NCBI GenBank assembly: GCA_964556895.1
Contig: CAZKYC010000004.1
Location: 11,964 to 75,963 of the forward strand
DNA length: 64,000 nucleotides
Origin: an uncultured bacterium
GTDB taxonomy: Bacteria; Hinthialibacterota; Hinthialibacteria; Hinthialibacterales; Hinthialibacteraceae
Direction of reading: 5' to 3'
The notes below the pieces were generated by a model. It had not been told where the DNA came from. It searched no databases and saw only the letters and a program-made list of their open reading frames with translations. The position numbers were made by a program, and so were the translations under genes. Positions 18,452 to 28,624 of this stretch are shown in pieces. Each line of letters opens with the position of its first letter. The first letter of the stretch is position 1.

Positions 18452-20242
18452 TTACTTGCTCAAACGGGCTTTGAGTTCTTCCAATTGTTTAGCCATGCGC
18501 GCGGGCAACTTGTCGCCGAACTGTTCGAAATATTCATCCACGCTGGGCATTTCTTCCATCACCGCGGCGTTGTCGACCTTCAATAATTCTTTGACGTCTT
18601 CGCCGGGGATATCGAGACCGCTGAGGTCAAGCGAAGATTCGGTCGGCAGGTTGCCCAGGGCGGTTTCAGTCGCTTCGGCCTTGCCTTCGAGGCGCTCACA
18701 GATCCATTTCAACACGCGGCTGTTGTCGCCAAAGCCCGGCCACAACCACTTGCCGTCTTCGTTTTTACGGAACCAGTTGACGAAGTAAATCTTGGGCGCT
18801 TTGTCGCCCAACCTGTCGCCCATTTCAAACCAATGTTGAAAGTAGTCGCCCATGTTGTAGCCGCAGAACGGCAGCATGGCAAACGGGTCGCGGCGCAGTT
18901 TGCCCTTCACGTCGAGGGCGGCGGCGGTGCGTTCTGAGGCGGCGGTGGCGCCCATATACACGCCGTGGTCCCAGCCGAATGATTCGGTCACGAGTGGGAT
19001 CGTGCTGGCGCGGCGCCCGCCAAAGAGAAACACATCGATGGGGACGCCTTTGGGGTCTTCCCAATCAGGACAGATTACCGGGCACTGGCTGGCTGGCGCG
19101 GTAAAACGCGCATTGGGGTGAGCGCCCTTACGGCCTGATTCGGGCGTCCATTCACGCCCCAGCCAGTTGACGCCGTGGCTGCAGGGTTCGTCCATCTCTT
19201 CCCACCAGACGTCGTCTTGGTCTGTCATGACGCAATTGGTGAAGATCGAATTTGCTTTGATGCTTTCCATCGCCATCGGGTTGGTTTTGTAGCTGGTGCC
19301 GGGGGCGACGCCAAAGAAGCCCGCCTCGGGGTTGATCGCATAGAGGCGGCCGTCGTCGCCGACTTTCATCCAGGCGATGTCGTCGCCGACGCATTCGCAT
19401 TTCCACCCGGGGATGGTCGGCTCCAACATGGCCAGGTTGGTCTTGCCGCAGGCCGAGGGGAACGCCGCTGAGATATGATACTGTTTTCCTTCAGGGCTGG
19501 TGAGGCGCAAGATCAACATGTGTTCGGCCATCCAGCCTTCGCGGCGCGCCATGGCGGAAGCGATGCGCAAGGCCAGGCACTTCTTACCCAACAGCGCGTT
19601 GCCGCCATAACCGGAGCCGTAACTCCAAATCAGGTTTTCTTCAGGGAAATGAGAGATGTATTTCTTTTCAATCGGGGCGCAGGGCCAGGTTGAATCGGCT
19701 TTGCCCTCTTCGAGTGGAGCGCCAATCGAGTGTAAACATGGAATGAAATCACCATCGTCGCCCAGAACTTCGAGAACTTTGTAGCCCACGCGGGTCATGA
19801 TGTGCATGTTGACCACAACATACGCGCTATCGGTAATCTCAACGCCAATTTTGGCGATAGGCGAGCCGATGGGGCCCATACTGAAGGGAATGACATACAT
19901 GGTACGGCCCTTCATGCAGCCATCATACAGTTGCTTCATTGCGGCTTTTAATTCGTCAGGATTCACCCAGTTGTTAGTCGGGCCGGCGTCTTCCTGATTT
20001 TTTGATGCGATATAGGTGCGGTCTTCGACGCGGGCGACGTCTGAGGGGTCAGACCGAAAGAGAAAACTGTTGGGGCGTTTGTTGTCGTCAAGGCGGTGGG
20101 CTTGGCCCGTGTTGACCATGAGGTGCATGAGATCGCCGTATTCTTTTTTGCTGCCGTCACACCAGATGACATCGTCGGGCTTACACATGGCTTCGATTTC
20201 AGCCACCCAGTCAAGCAGTTTCTTGTTGTTTGTCTTGGTCAT
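18452..20242 (-). CDS. pckG: phosphoenolpyruvate carboxykinase (GTP)
   Basis: Kinase-1a/P-loop region [12 protein letters not shown] and overall GTP-PEPCK conservation. The start was set at the ATG preceded by AAGGAG ([10 protein letters not shown]...) rather than the longer track ORF. Confidence 0.9.
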   Translation of the reverse strand: MTKTNNKKLLDWVAEIEAMCKPDDVIWCDGSKKEYGDLMHLMVNTGQAHRLDDNKRPNSFLFRSDPSDVARVEDRTYIASKNQEDAGPTNNWVNPDELKAAMKQLYDGCMKGRTMYVIPFSMGPIGSPIAKIGVEITDSAYVVVNMHIMTRVGYKVLEVLGDDGDFIPCLHSIGAPLEEGKADSTWPCAPIEKKYISHFPEENLIWSYGSGYGGNALLGKKCLALRIASAMARREGWMAEHMLILRLTSPEGKQYHISAAFPSACGKTNLAMLEPTIPGWKCECVGDDIAWMKVGDDGRLYAINPEAGFFGVAPGTSYKTNPMAMESIKANSIFTNCVMTDQDDVWWEEMDEPCSHGVNWLGREWTPESGRKGAHPNARFTAPASQCPVICPDWEDPKGVPIDVFLFGGRRASTIPLVTESFGWDHGVYMGATAASERTAAALDVKGKLRRDPFAMLPFCGYNMGDYFQHWFEMGDRLGDKAPKIYFVNWFRKNEDGKWLWPGFGDNSRVLKWICERLEGKAEATETALGNLPTESSLDLSGLDIPGEDVKELLKVDNAAVMEEMPSVDEYFEQFGDKLPARMAKQLEELKARLSK

Positions 20243-20549
20243 GTTGCGCTCCTTTTTTGCGGTTAAACTATCCAAAACTGGATAAATTTTCATCTATTGA
20301 CGTATCAAAGTATGGTTTATAAAAAAAGGGTAAACTTTTTTGTTTTACACAGGAAGGGTTAACTTTATATAAAGCGTATAATTTATGATCTCCAAACAAG
20401 ATAGTTAATTATGTATCTTTCTTTTTGGTTGCTTGATATATGATACCCAGCTTTTCACCAAGTGGAACCGATATGAATTTAGATTTCAGTGAATAATTTA
20501 TGGTACATACGGGTGTTTAACTATATGTTTGATTTTGATTCGATAAAGT

Positions 20550-21503
20550 TTACTGGTTATTTTCACCGCTATCCAGGCTTTTTTTGAGGCTTGTCGAATC
20601 AACGCCCAACAAGCGCCCGTCAAAGGCCATTTTCATAAAGGGCATACCAACCAATGCTAACAGCCAGTAGCCAAAGATTGAATACAACACCCCGACTGCC
20701 AAGTTGGTTTCGTAGGCGGTGAAATTCTGAAACAAATAGATCATGGCGCCGTCGCGTGTGCCCATACCGGCGGTAGTAATTGGTAACAGTCCGACAAAGA
20801 TCGCTATGGGCAGCGCCGCGCAAACATAGGCGAGCGTTACGTCAGCATGAAGGCTTTGATAACACAGCCAGGTTTGTAGATAAGAAGCGAACCAATTCGT
20901 TAACGTAATGATGACAATAAGAATGAACCCAACCGGTGATGAAAACAGCCTTTTTGAGGCGAGAATGACATCGCCGCCAACTGTCTGAAAGCGCTTGGGA
21001 AGCATCTTCGCCAACCCAAATGACAAGAAAGCAAGCGCAAGCAACACCCCACCAAAAATGGCTGATCCGGTGATGGCGATGAGCGGCAAACCAAGAAGAA
21101 CGCCGCCTCCAGCAGCGCTGAGGCTCAATATGGCTACGTCGATGAGGCGTTCTGCGATGAGAAGCCCAGCCGTCTGGCCATAGGGCAGCCTGTCTTTAAG
21201 AAAGATGATTTTTATCAAGTCTCCAGACTTGGCAGGCGTAATCGTCCCTAAGGGCCAGGCGGCCAGAATCAGTTTCAGGCTGTCCCAAAACGAGATGGGC
21301 GCGCCGAGTTGTTTCATGATCAGCTGCCAGCGAACCGCGCTCAACACCGGGAACAACAAGGTCAGCGCCGCCGCCGCTGCCAAGGGAAAGGGCTTGGCGG
21401 ACGTGACCGCCGCCAACGCCAGGGCGGGGTCAACCGCCGAAAACAATAACGCGAATATGACCAATGTTGATAGCCAAAGCAGGAGTTTGTTATATATCTT
21501 CAT
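20550..21503 (-). CDS. polytopic membrane protein, UPF0104/flippase-like (lysyl-PG synthase TM-region family)
   Basis: Eight or more predicted TM helices. The N-terminal loop has a K/R-rich motif with ...GAPISFWDSLKL... resembling the LPG_synthase_TM domain. Confidence 0.4.
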   Translation of the reverse strand: MKIYNKLLLWLSTLVIFALLFSAVDPALALAAVTSAKPFPLAAAAALTLLFPVLSAVRWQLIMKQLGAPISFWDSLKLILAAWPLGTITPAKSGDLIKIIFLKDRLPYGQTAGLLIAERLIDVAILSLSAAGGGVLLGLPLIAITGSAIFGGVLLALAFLSFGLAKMLPKRFQTVGGDVILASKRLFSSPVGFILIVIITLTNWFASYLQTWLCYQSLHADVTLAYVCAALPIAIFVGLLPITTAGMGTRDGAMIYLFQNFTAYETNLAVGVLYSIFGYWLLALVGMPFMKMAFDGRLLGVDSTSLKKSLDSGENNQ

Positions 21504-21685
21504 GGCGCGAACGCTTTCAGTTTGTCTTCAATAGCGCAGCGAATGAATGTAGTTGTATCATACCCATCTCAAAGTAATATTAAGCCGCTGGCTGAAAATT
21601 CTCATCATTTTCTTACATCTCTAGGCGATAATATCAACAAAACAGTTTGGATGTCATTGTTACGCGATTTTTTTCTACTAGACGA

Positions 21686-21713
21686 TTGACTTTTAAGGAT
21701 TTGAGAATACAAT
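21686..21713 (+). promoter_or_regulatory. promoter candidate upstream of fusA (TTGACT-N16-TACAAT)
   Basis: TTGACT at 21686, 16-nt spacer, TACAAT at 21708. Would give a roughly 250-nt leader. Confidence 0.3.
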
Positions 21714-21965
21714 CCTCTGCTTGTGGCTTTAGACCAAAAGCCACCGGAATGGACGATGTAATCAGACGTTGAGTATAGCCTTCTTCGAATCCCCTTCCGT
21801 TTGAGTGGTTGTAATTCCTTGATGTTCCAGTTTCGGGAGATGTAGTGAACCGGTGAGGTCGTGTGTGAACGCGAGCGTGTAGAGCCGTGCGCACGAAACG
21901 ATGAAATTACGAAATATGAAAGAATAGAGGGCGAAGGCCCTACACCCTGTAAACGAGGAAAAATC

Positions 21966-24059
21966 ATGGCAGCAAAGATACCCCTGAATCGCGTACGCAA
22001 CATTGGAATCATGGCGCACATCGACGCCGGCAAAACCACCGTCACAGAACGAATTTTATTTTACACCGGGAAGTCGCACAAAATCGGCGAGGTGCATGAC
22101 GGCGAAGCCACCATGGATTGGATGGAGCAAGAACGCGAGCGGGGAATCACCATCACCTCTGCGGCAACCACCTGTTTTTGGCGCGATCACCGCGTCAACA
22201 TTATTGATACTCCTGGTCACGTTGACTTTACCGTTGAAGTTGAGCGTTCGTTACGCGTTCTTGACGGCGCCATTGCGCTGTTCTGCGGCGTAGCGGGCGT
22301 TGAGCCTCAAACCGAAACGGTTTGGCGCCAGGCCGAAAAATATGAAGTGCCTGTGATTGGCTTCGTCAACAAGATGGACCGCGCCGGGGCCGACTTCTTT
22401 CGCGTTCTTGAAAGTATGGAAGAACAACTCAGCGCTAACCCGGTGCCTATTGTGATTCCGATGATGAACGACGATGGCCTCGACGGCGTCATAGACTTGA
22501 TTCACAACGTCGCCCACTATTATGACGATACCAAGGGCGAGAAACGCCACGACGAGCCTGTGCCGGAAGAGTTTAAAGACGATCGTGACAAATGGTTTAA
22601 AAACCTGGTCGAAAAAGTCAGCGAAACAGACGACGCCTTGTTAGAGAAATTTTGTGAAGGTGAAGAAATCACCGACGAAGAGTTAATTGAGGGAATTCGC
22701 AGGGCGACGCTGGCGCGCGTCATGACCCCGACCCTTTGCGGTACCGCCTTTAAGAACAAAGGCGTGAAGCGCTTGCTCGACGCCGTGGTTGACTTCTTGC
22801 CGTCTCCGATTGACCTGCCTCCGGTGATTGGCTTGCATGAAGAAGAAGAAGTGACCCGCCATCCTGACCCCGACGGCCCCTTGGCGGCGTTGGCCTTTAA
22901 GGTCATGACTGACAAACATATGGGCAAGATGGTGTTCTTCCGCGTGTATTCAGGCACAATGAAAGCGGGTTCATACATTCTCAATTCAACCAAGGGCAAC
23001 AAGCAGCGCATTGGCCGCCTCTTGCAGATGCACGCCATCAAGCAGGAACAAAAAGACCAGATCGATTGCGGCGACATTGGCGTTGCGGTCGGCCTGAGCG
23101 ACACCACCACCGGCGACACGCTGTGCGACGTTAGCCATCCACTTGTTCTTGAAGCGATTGAGTTTCCCGCACCCGTTATTGCGGTCAGCATTCAACCCGA
23201 ATCAAAAGGCGACAGCGACAAACTCGGCATTGGCCTGGGCAAGTTGGCTGAAGAAGACCCGACTTTTGTGGTCAGCTCGGGTGAAGCCGAAGGCGAAACC
23301 GTCATCGCCGGCATGGGCGAACTTCACCTCGATGTCTTGGTCGACCGCCTTAAGCGAGAATTTGGCGTCTCGGCGACGGTTGGCCGCCCAGAGGTCGCCT
23401 ATCGCGAAACCATGACCAAAAATTACGACATGAACCACCGCTATGTGAAACAGTCAGGCGGAAAGGGCGACTTCGCTCACGTCACATTCAAGATCGAACC
23501 CAACCCGCCGGGCGTTGGCTTTGAATTTATCAACGACATCGTGGGCGGCGCGATTCCACGCGAATACATCCCCGCGGTTGAAAAGGGCATGATCGACGTC
23601 ATGCAGCGCGGCTGTTATGCGGGGTACCCCATTGTTGACGTAAAAGTGACGCTGTATGACGGTTCATATCACGATGTAGACTCGTCAGAGCGCGCGTTTC
23701 GCACCTGCGCCAGCCAGGCGTTTAAAGAAGCGTTTTTGAAATCGAAGCCGCAGCTGCTTGAGCCGATTATGCGCGTGTCGGTGACAACGCCGTCAGAATA
23801 CGCCGGTTCGGTCAACGGTAACCTTTCCGGCAAGCGCGGCCGCATCCAGGGCATGGACGCCTTGGGCAACGCCAACATCGTAAAAGCGATGGTGCCATTG
23901 GCTGAAATGTTTGGCTACGCGACCGAATTGCGTACCATCACCTCAGGGCGTGGTTCGTTTGTCATGCAGTTTGAACATTATGAAGCCGTTCCAAATAGCA
24001 TCGCCGAAGAAATTGTTGAAGAACGCAAAGATAAGATCAACCAACGCGGCGCCGCGTAA
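21966..24059 (+). CDS. fusA: translation elongation factor G
   Basis: G-domain motifs [17 protein letters not shown] and NKMD. Full five-domain length (697 aa). The start was set at [14 protein letters not shown] rather than the upstream track ORF start. Not adjacent to rpsL/rpsG/tuf. Confidence 0.9.
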   Translation: MAAKIPLNRVRNIGIMAHIDAGKTTVTERILFYTGKSHKIGEVHDGEATMDWMEQERERGITITSAATTCFWRDHRVNIIDTPGHVDFTVEVERSLRVLDGAIALFCGVAGVEPQTETVWRQAEKYEVPVIGFVNKMDRAGADFFRVLESMEEQLSANPVPIVIPMMNDDGLDGVIDLIHNVAHYYDDTKGEKRHDEPVPEEFKDDRDKWFKNLVEKVSETDDALLEKFCEGEEITDEELIEGIRRATLARVMTPTLCGTAFKNKGVKRLLDAVVDFLPSPIDLPPVIGLHEEEEVTRHPDPDGPLAALAFKVMTDKHMGKMVFFRVYSGTMKAGSYILNSTKGNKQRIGRLLQMHAIKQEQKDQIDCGDIGVAVGLSDTTTGDTLCDVSHPLVLEAIEFPAPVIAVSIQPESKGDSDKLGIGLGKLAEEDPTFVVSSGEAEGETVIAGMGELHLDVLVDRLKREFGVSATVGRPEVAYRETMTKNYDMNHRYVKQSGGKGDFAHVTFKIEPNPPGVGFEFINDIVGGAIPREYIPAVEKGMIDVMQRGCYAGYPIVDVKVTLYDGSYHDVDSSERAFRTCASQAFKEAFLKSKPQLLEPIMRVSVTTPSEYAGSVNGNLSGKRGRIQGMDALGNANIVKAMVPLAEMFGYATELRTITSGRGSFVMQFEHYEAVPNSIAEEIVEERKDKINQRGAA

Positions 24060-24087
24060 TCACTCACCAGCCATACGCAAATCTAAA

Positions 24088-24115
24088 CCGGGCCTATACC
24101 AAGGCCCGGTTTTTT
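24088..24115 (+). terminator. Rho-independent terminator after fusA
   Basis: CCGGGCCT-ATACCA-AGGCCCGG stem-loop followed by TTTTTT. Confidence 0.6.
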
Positions 24116-24181
24116 GTACAGGCGCTCCCAGAGTTGCACCAAAGACGAGCATGGTTTATTTGTTCATGTGACGAATGAGAT

Positions 24182-24292
24182 CTATAGTGGTTGCTAGAAT
24201 TATGTGCGGATTGAGTTTACGTAACTGTATCTATCGCTGTTCGCCGCGGCGGATTCGGGCGTGCTTTACGCACATTTTTTGACAAACGCTCT
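24182..24292 (+). repeat. 113-nt interspersed element, copy B
   Basis: See copy A. Overlaps the stop codon of the convergent aminotransferase gene. Confidence 0.8.
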
Positions 24293-25316
24293 ATCCGGAT
24301 TTTAATGCCTCAATCACCTTTTGGTTCTCTTGTTTCGTCCCGACGCCGATGCGAAGGGCGATCTGTTCACCGCCGACGTTTTTCGTTTGGTTTGAAACAT
24401 AGATGCCCGCTTGTTTCAATCTTTGCGAAGGGTCATTCTCTGGCGGCCACAGCGAAAGAACAAAATTTGCGTACGATACCGGCGCTTCGGCGCCCAGCAG
24501 TCTCAACTGGTCCGCCAGCCATTTTCGTTGTTCGACCAGGGTGACCACCCGCCGTTTCATTTCATCGGCTTCGTCCAGCGCCGCGACGGCCGCCGCTTGG
24601 GCAATGGCGTTTACCGGAAAGGTCAACGCCGCGTTGGCCATTCGTTCGATCAGCGCTTCACCGGCGACTGCATACCCAACGCGCAGCCCCGCCAGAGAAA
24701 AACTCTTCGACAGGCTGCGAAAGATAATCAGGTCGTCGCGCTCATGAATGAGAGGGGCCAGGGTCTTTTCGCTAAATTCAAAATAACACTCGTCAATCAC
24801 TTTGACGCCGGTCAGGCGGTCTAGGATGGATACTAACTGCATGCGCGAGGTGAGTGTACCGGTGGGGTTGTTGGGGTTGGCGATGAAAGTTAAGGCTGAT
24901 TCGCTGGTGATAGACTGCGCGTCCGGTAAATTGAAATCTGGTGTTCGTTCCAGCCGGTCAACCGCGCGGTTATGCCGTTGGGCGGCGAAGCGATAGACAA
25001 AAAAACTCGGCTCAAAGGTCGCGACGGAATCGCCTTCATCGGTTAGCGCAACCACGGCGAGGTCGATCAATTCATCCGAGCCGTTGCCCACGATGATGTT
25101 CTCCGGATTCACATTGGCGCCCACATAGAGCGCCAATTTTTCGCGGAGCGCAAAACAATTTGTGTCTGGATAGCGGTTACAATATAGTGCGGCGTCAGCG
25201 ATGGCGCATTGCACATGCTCTGACGGTGGATACGGGTTCTCGCCCAGGTGTGAATAGACAGCGTTTGGCTCTCGCCAAAACGTGGGGATATCAATTCGCG
25301 GCGGCATGGTTGGCAT
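24291..25316 (-). CDS. hisC: histidinol-phosphate aminotransferase family (class II PLP aminotransferase)
   Basis: SLSKSFSLAGLRVGY (PLP-lysine region) and an NPxNPTG-like motif. 341 aa. Could alternatively be a CobD-type decarboxylase. Confidence 0.55.
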   Translation of the reverse strand: MPTMPPRIDIPTFWREPNAVYSHLGENPYPPSEHVQCAIADAALYCNRYPDTNCFALREKLALYVGANVNPENIIVGNGSDELIDLAVVALTDEGDSVATFEPSFFVYRFAAQRHNRAVDRLERTPDFNLPDAQSITSESALTFIANPNNPTGTLTSRMQLVSILDRLTGVKVIDECYFEFSEKTLAPLIHERDDLIIFRSLSKSFSLAGLRVGYAVAGEALIERMANAALTFPVNAIAQAAAVAALDEADEMKRRVVTLVEQRKWLADQLRLLGAEAPVSYANFVLSLWPPENDPSQRLKQAGIYVSNQTKNVGGEQIALRIGVGTKQENQKVIEALKSG

Positions 25317-25610
25317 GATGAGGGCCTCGTTCGGTAAAATGACATGTGCATCGTAATCCCGTCAGGTCGAAAAGGAAGAAGCCATGCCCGTTAATCGCAG
25401 CGTCGCGGTGTGGCATCTGTATTCGTATGTCAACATCGAGCGGGGGCGCGAAAACTAGAAACCATACACGAAATATTGTAGCACACTGGCGCGGGTTCAT
25501 CTCTGTGAGCGCCTGTGCATAAGAGCCTGATAGCCCGCACTGAAGTGAAGAGAGATGTACACGCGCCAGATTTATCTAAGGGGTTGTGATCGACATATCG
25601 TTAAACGCAC

Positions 25611-27392
25611 TCAGCCCTCGTCACGGCGTTCGCTGATTTTGGCCATCCGCTGTTTTGTCACATGATAGAGAAAACTTGAGGCAGTAATAAAAAAGCCAAT
25701 TTGTAAAAAGAAAACAATAATTAACATTCCTTTGTCGCGGTCTGGCGGATCAATATACTTAAAAGAAGCGAGCCAGGGCGAGACCATTGCCGCCCAAAAA
25801 ATATACCACGAATGGCTCATATCGCGAAATACGGTCATGTGAAGAATGGCGATTATGAGTGGAAACACAAAATAGGTCAGAATGACCGCGCCAAAGCCGA
25901 TGGCGTAGGCGGTGAGGGTCTTGCGGCACACGCTTGAGAGATACAAGCCAAGCATCAAGTAAAAAATTCCCACCCCAAAACATGTTAAAATAACCCAAAA
26001 GACAGTATCAATTTCAAAATAGCGCGGCATGTCGCCCAGCCAAGCCATCCACACGATGATACAAGTCGGGAAGACCAGGTAAGACCAAGCGCGCGTATTT
26101 AATTGCATCCATCCGGCCTGCAGCTTTCCCCACAACAGTTGGTCGATGGTTACTGCGGTGGTGATGAGCAGATCCCAGGTGCGGCGGTCGCGTTCGCCGC
26201 GCACGGCGTTGCAGGCATAGGGCAACACCATCAGCGGGACCAGAATCGGCGCCAGACAAAACACAAAATAGAAATATTCATATTCTTTTCTGAATAATGG
26301 AATCACTAGTATAGGAAAGAAAAACAGTGCGGCCATGGTCATCCATGAGCGAACCCGGTGGCGCCCATGGATGGCGCGGCCTTCTTTGGCGGTTACTGGG
26401 TTTTTATGGTCGGGCAGCAGACGCATGGGCGGCGCCTTGGCGGAGTAACGCTTTTCATTTTGTTTCTTTTCGCGGCGGTCGATCCAGTTGTTGATCTTGT
26501 CCTCCCAGGTGAGGACGCCGTCGCGCTGGGCCAACCGCCAAAATGAAAGCAACAACATCACCACGATCATTAGCGAATACATAATTGCGTGAGCGATGTA
26601 GGGGTGTGCACTGGCGAAATCCGTCCCGCCATAGGGGTTTCGGCCTTCAAAAAAGAAAATATAGGGGTAAACCGGGTTTAACGCCATCACCCATGCTGAG
26701 ATTTCATGAATTTGGAGTTCGTATTTCAAATATAGAGCAAAGACAAGCGAGCCTAAGAAAAAGGTGACGCCGATGATGTACGCCGCTAAGATTGAGCTGA
26801 TCACCCGCTTGCAATAGATTGAACAGGTCAGCCCCAACACCGCCACCAACAGCGACGCCTCGGTCATCATCAAAAAGACGAATAAAATCTCTTTCGGAGC
26901 AATCCCGCCCAGCGGTATTAGAATGGCGTACATCGGCAACAGCGATATGGCAATCAGCCAGATAAACGCGAGTGACGAGACCAACTTGCCAAGTATGATG
27001 CTGCCCAGCGATATATTGGTGGAGATGAGTAGGTCCCAACTATCGCGCTCTTTTTCAAGGTTGATCGCCGATGCGCTTTGTAGCGGGACCAGCAGCAAGA
27101 CGAAACTGACAAAAAACAGGTTGAGCGCCTTAAACATCTCGCGGGTGTAGTTGATCGCTAGGTTGCCCTGCATTTGTTCAAGCGCAACCGCCCAGAATAT
27201 ACAGATCGCGATTGAGCTGGCTAACAAGAATACGCAGAGTTGCCACAGCGTGCTGGGGCTGCGCAGGTGTGAGACCACTTCGCGCAGGATGACCGGGTTA
27301 TTGAATAGATTGGGCCGCTCGCGCCAGAGAAAGTGAAACGCGCGAAACAATTCTGAACGGTTAGTTTGTATAGCCCCGGTTGAATTTGACAT
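25611..27392 (-). CDS. internally duplicated ABC-2-type permease-like membrane protein
   Basis: Two repeats of a six-TM unit, each carrying an ExERDxxTWDLLITT signature (LEKERDSWDLLIST and VRGERDRRTWDLLITT). No ATPase gene adjacent. Confidence 0.4.
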   Translation of the reverse strand: MSNSTGAIQTNRSELFRAFHFLWRERPNLFNNPVILREVVSHLRSPSTLWQLCVFLLASSIAICIFWAVALEQMQGNLAINYTREMFKALNLFFVSFVLLLVPLQSASAINLEKERDSWDLLISTNISLGSIILGKLVSSLAFIWLIAISLLPMYAILIPLGGIAPKEILFVFLMMTEASLLVAVLGLTCSIYCKRVISSILAAYIIGVTFFLGSLVFALYLKYELQIHEISAWVMALNPVYPYIFFFEGRNPYGGTDFASAHPYIAHAIMYSLMIVVMLLLSFWRLAQRDGVLTWEDKINNWIDRREKKQNEKRYSAKAPPMRLLPDHKNPVTAKEGRAIHGRHRVRSWMTMAALFFFPILVIPLFRKEYEYFYFVFCLAPILVPLMVLPYACNAVRGERDRRTWDLLITTAVTIDQLLWGKLQAGWMQLNTRAWSYLVFPTCIIVWMAWLGDMPRYFEIDTVFWVILTCFGVGIFYLMLGLYLSSVCRKTLTAYAIGFGAVILTYFVFPLIIAILHMTVFRDMSHSWYIFWAAMVSPWLASFKYIDPPDRDKGMLIIVFFLQIGFFITASSFLYHVTKQRMAKISERRDEG

Positions 27393-27457
27393 AGTGTATT
27401 CGTTTAAATTATCTAATTGTTCTATGCTGATATCTGCAATCTTATCTTAAGCCTAGA

Positions 27458-27506
27458 TACCTCCTGTCCGCCTGCGGCGGCCTTCCCCGCTTGAAAAGGG
27501 GGGCGC
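27458..27506. repeat. REP-like GC hairpin element
   Basis: CTCCTGTCCGCCTGCGGCGGCCTTCCCCGCTTGAAAAGGGGGGCG. Confidence 0.7.
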
Positions 27507-27539
27507 TCTTCACCATTAACCAAAGCGATAGACCTGGTC

Positions 27540-27654
27540 TATTATAGTGGTTGCCAGAATGATGTTCGGATTGAGCTTACATACCTGTATCTTTCGCTGT
27601 CCGCCTGCGGCGGATAGGGGCGCGCTTACTGCACGCAATTTTGTCAAACGCCCT
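27540..27654 (+). repeat. 113-nt interspersed element, copy C
   Basis: See copy A. Located in a divergent intergenic region 35 nt after a REP-like element. Confidence 0.8.
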
Positions 27655-27756
27655 AGACGTCTCAATTAACGGTTCATCTCACGAAATAGTATCCTAAAAC
27701 TACGCCCTTTGTCGATTTGTTGGTATCATTATTCAATACCGTTGGGACAGAGATCA

Positions 27757-28569
27757 ATGGAGAGCAGACAAAACCAAACAACCTGCGTCGTACACGGCAA
27801 TAAGCCCGTTGCGAACGAGTGCGTCGAGTGCGGGCGCGGGTATTGCGCGGGCTGTCTGATCGAAGTCGAAGGCGAACCCTTTTGTGAGATTTGTTGGGAA
27901 CACACCCTGGCCACACTCAAGCCCGCCCAAGACCCCGAAGTGACCTATACCCCCAGCGTTCCCTGGCTCAACTGGCGCCGCATTGGCGTTTGGAACGCTT
28001 TCTGGGAAACCGCTTTTCAAACCGCCGTTCAACCGCGGGCGTTTTTTTTAAAAATCCAGTCACAGGCCGGTATCGGCGCGGCCCTGATATTCGCCCTGTT
28101 ATGTGTGATGTTTGTCTGGTACCCAATGAACATCATTTATCTGAAGCTGTTGATCCCCCCCATGCTAAACAGCATCACCCAACAAGCGGCTGAAAACCCC
28201 TCGTCGCTCGAAATGGCCGAAGAGTTGCGCGGGCGCATCGAGTCAATCACTTCGCTTGATATTCTTGCGATGCCGATCTTGTTTATTATTAACTACCTGG
28301 TGTTTTCGTCATTGATCCAACAGCTGATGATTCAGCTGATGCAGGGGCGCCAAGGCTATTCGGCAACGCTTCAGGTTCGCTGTTACGCTATGATTTCACA
28401 GGTATTTTTGCTGGTGCCGTTCTTAGGCTACTTTCTGGCAGAAATTTCGACCTTTGTGATTTGCGCGCAGGGATTTCAGTCTGCTCAGGGGCTTTCGCGG
28501 GCGCGGGCGCTGATGGTTGCGCTGGTTCCGGCCATGATTAGCTTGATTGGATTGCCCTTTTCGATATAA
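27757..28569 (+). CDS. membrane protein with N-terminal Cys4 zinc-ribbon and Yip1-like TM domain
   Basis: CVVHG...CVECGRGYCAGC...CEIC cysteine pairs followed by five hydrophobic helices. The start was set at MESRQNQ (ATG 27757). Confidence 0.35.
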   Translation: MESRQNQTTCVVHGNKPVANECVECGRGYCAGCLIEVEGEPFCEICWEHTLATLKPAQDPEVTYTPSVPWLNWRRIGVWNAFWETAFQTAVQPRAFFLKIQSQAGIGAALIFALLCVMFVWYPMNIIYLKLLIPPMLNSITQQAAENPSSLEMAEELRGRIESITSLDILAMPILFIINYLVFSSLIQQLMIQLMQGRQGYSATLQVRCYAMISQVFLLVPFLGYFLAEISTFVICAQGFQSAQGLSRARALMVALVPAMISLIGLPFSI

Positions 28570-28624
28570 GATGACATTCTGAGTCAAGATTTAAAGCCGG
28601 AACAATGGTCGGCTTGGAGGAACA

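Noticed and set aside
21770-21800. TTCGAATCC (a tRNA T-arm-like string) in the fusA leader.
   Set aside because: The preceding 70 nt cannot be folded into acceptor, D and anticodon arms. No tRNA gene is called.
21605-22045. 146-aa minus-strand ORF in the fusA upstream region.
   Set aside because: No RBS, odd composition, and it overlaps the fusA start. This is more likely a non-coding leader.
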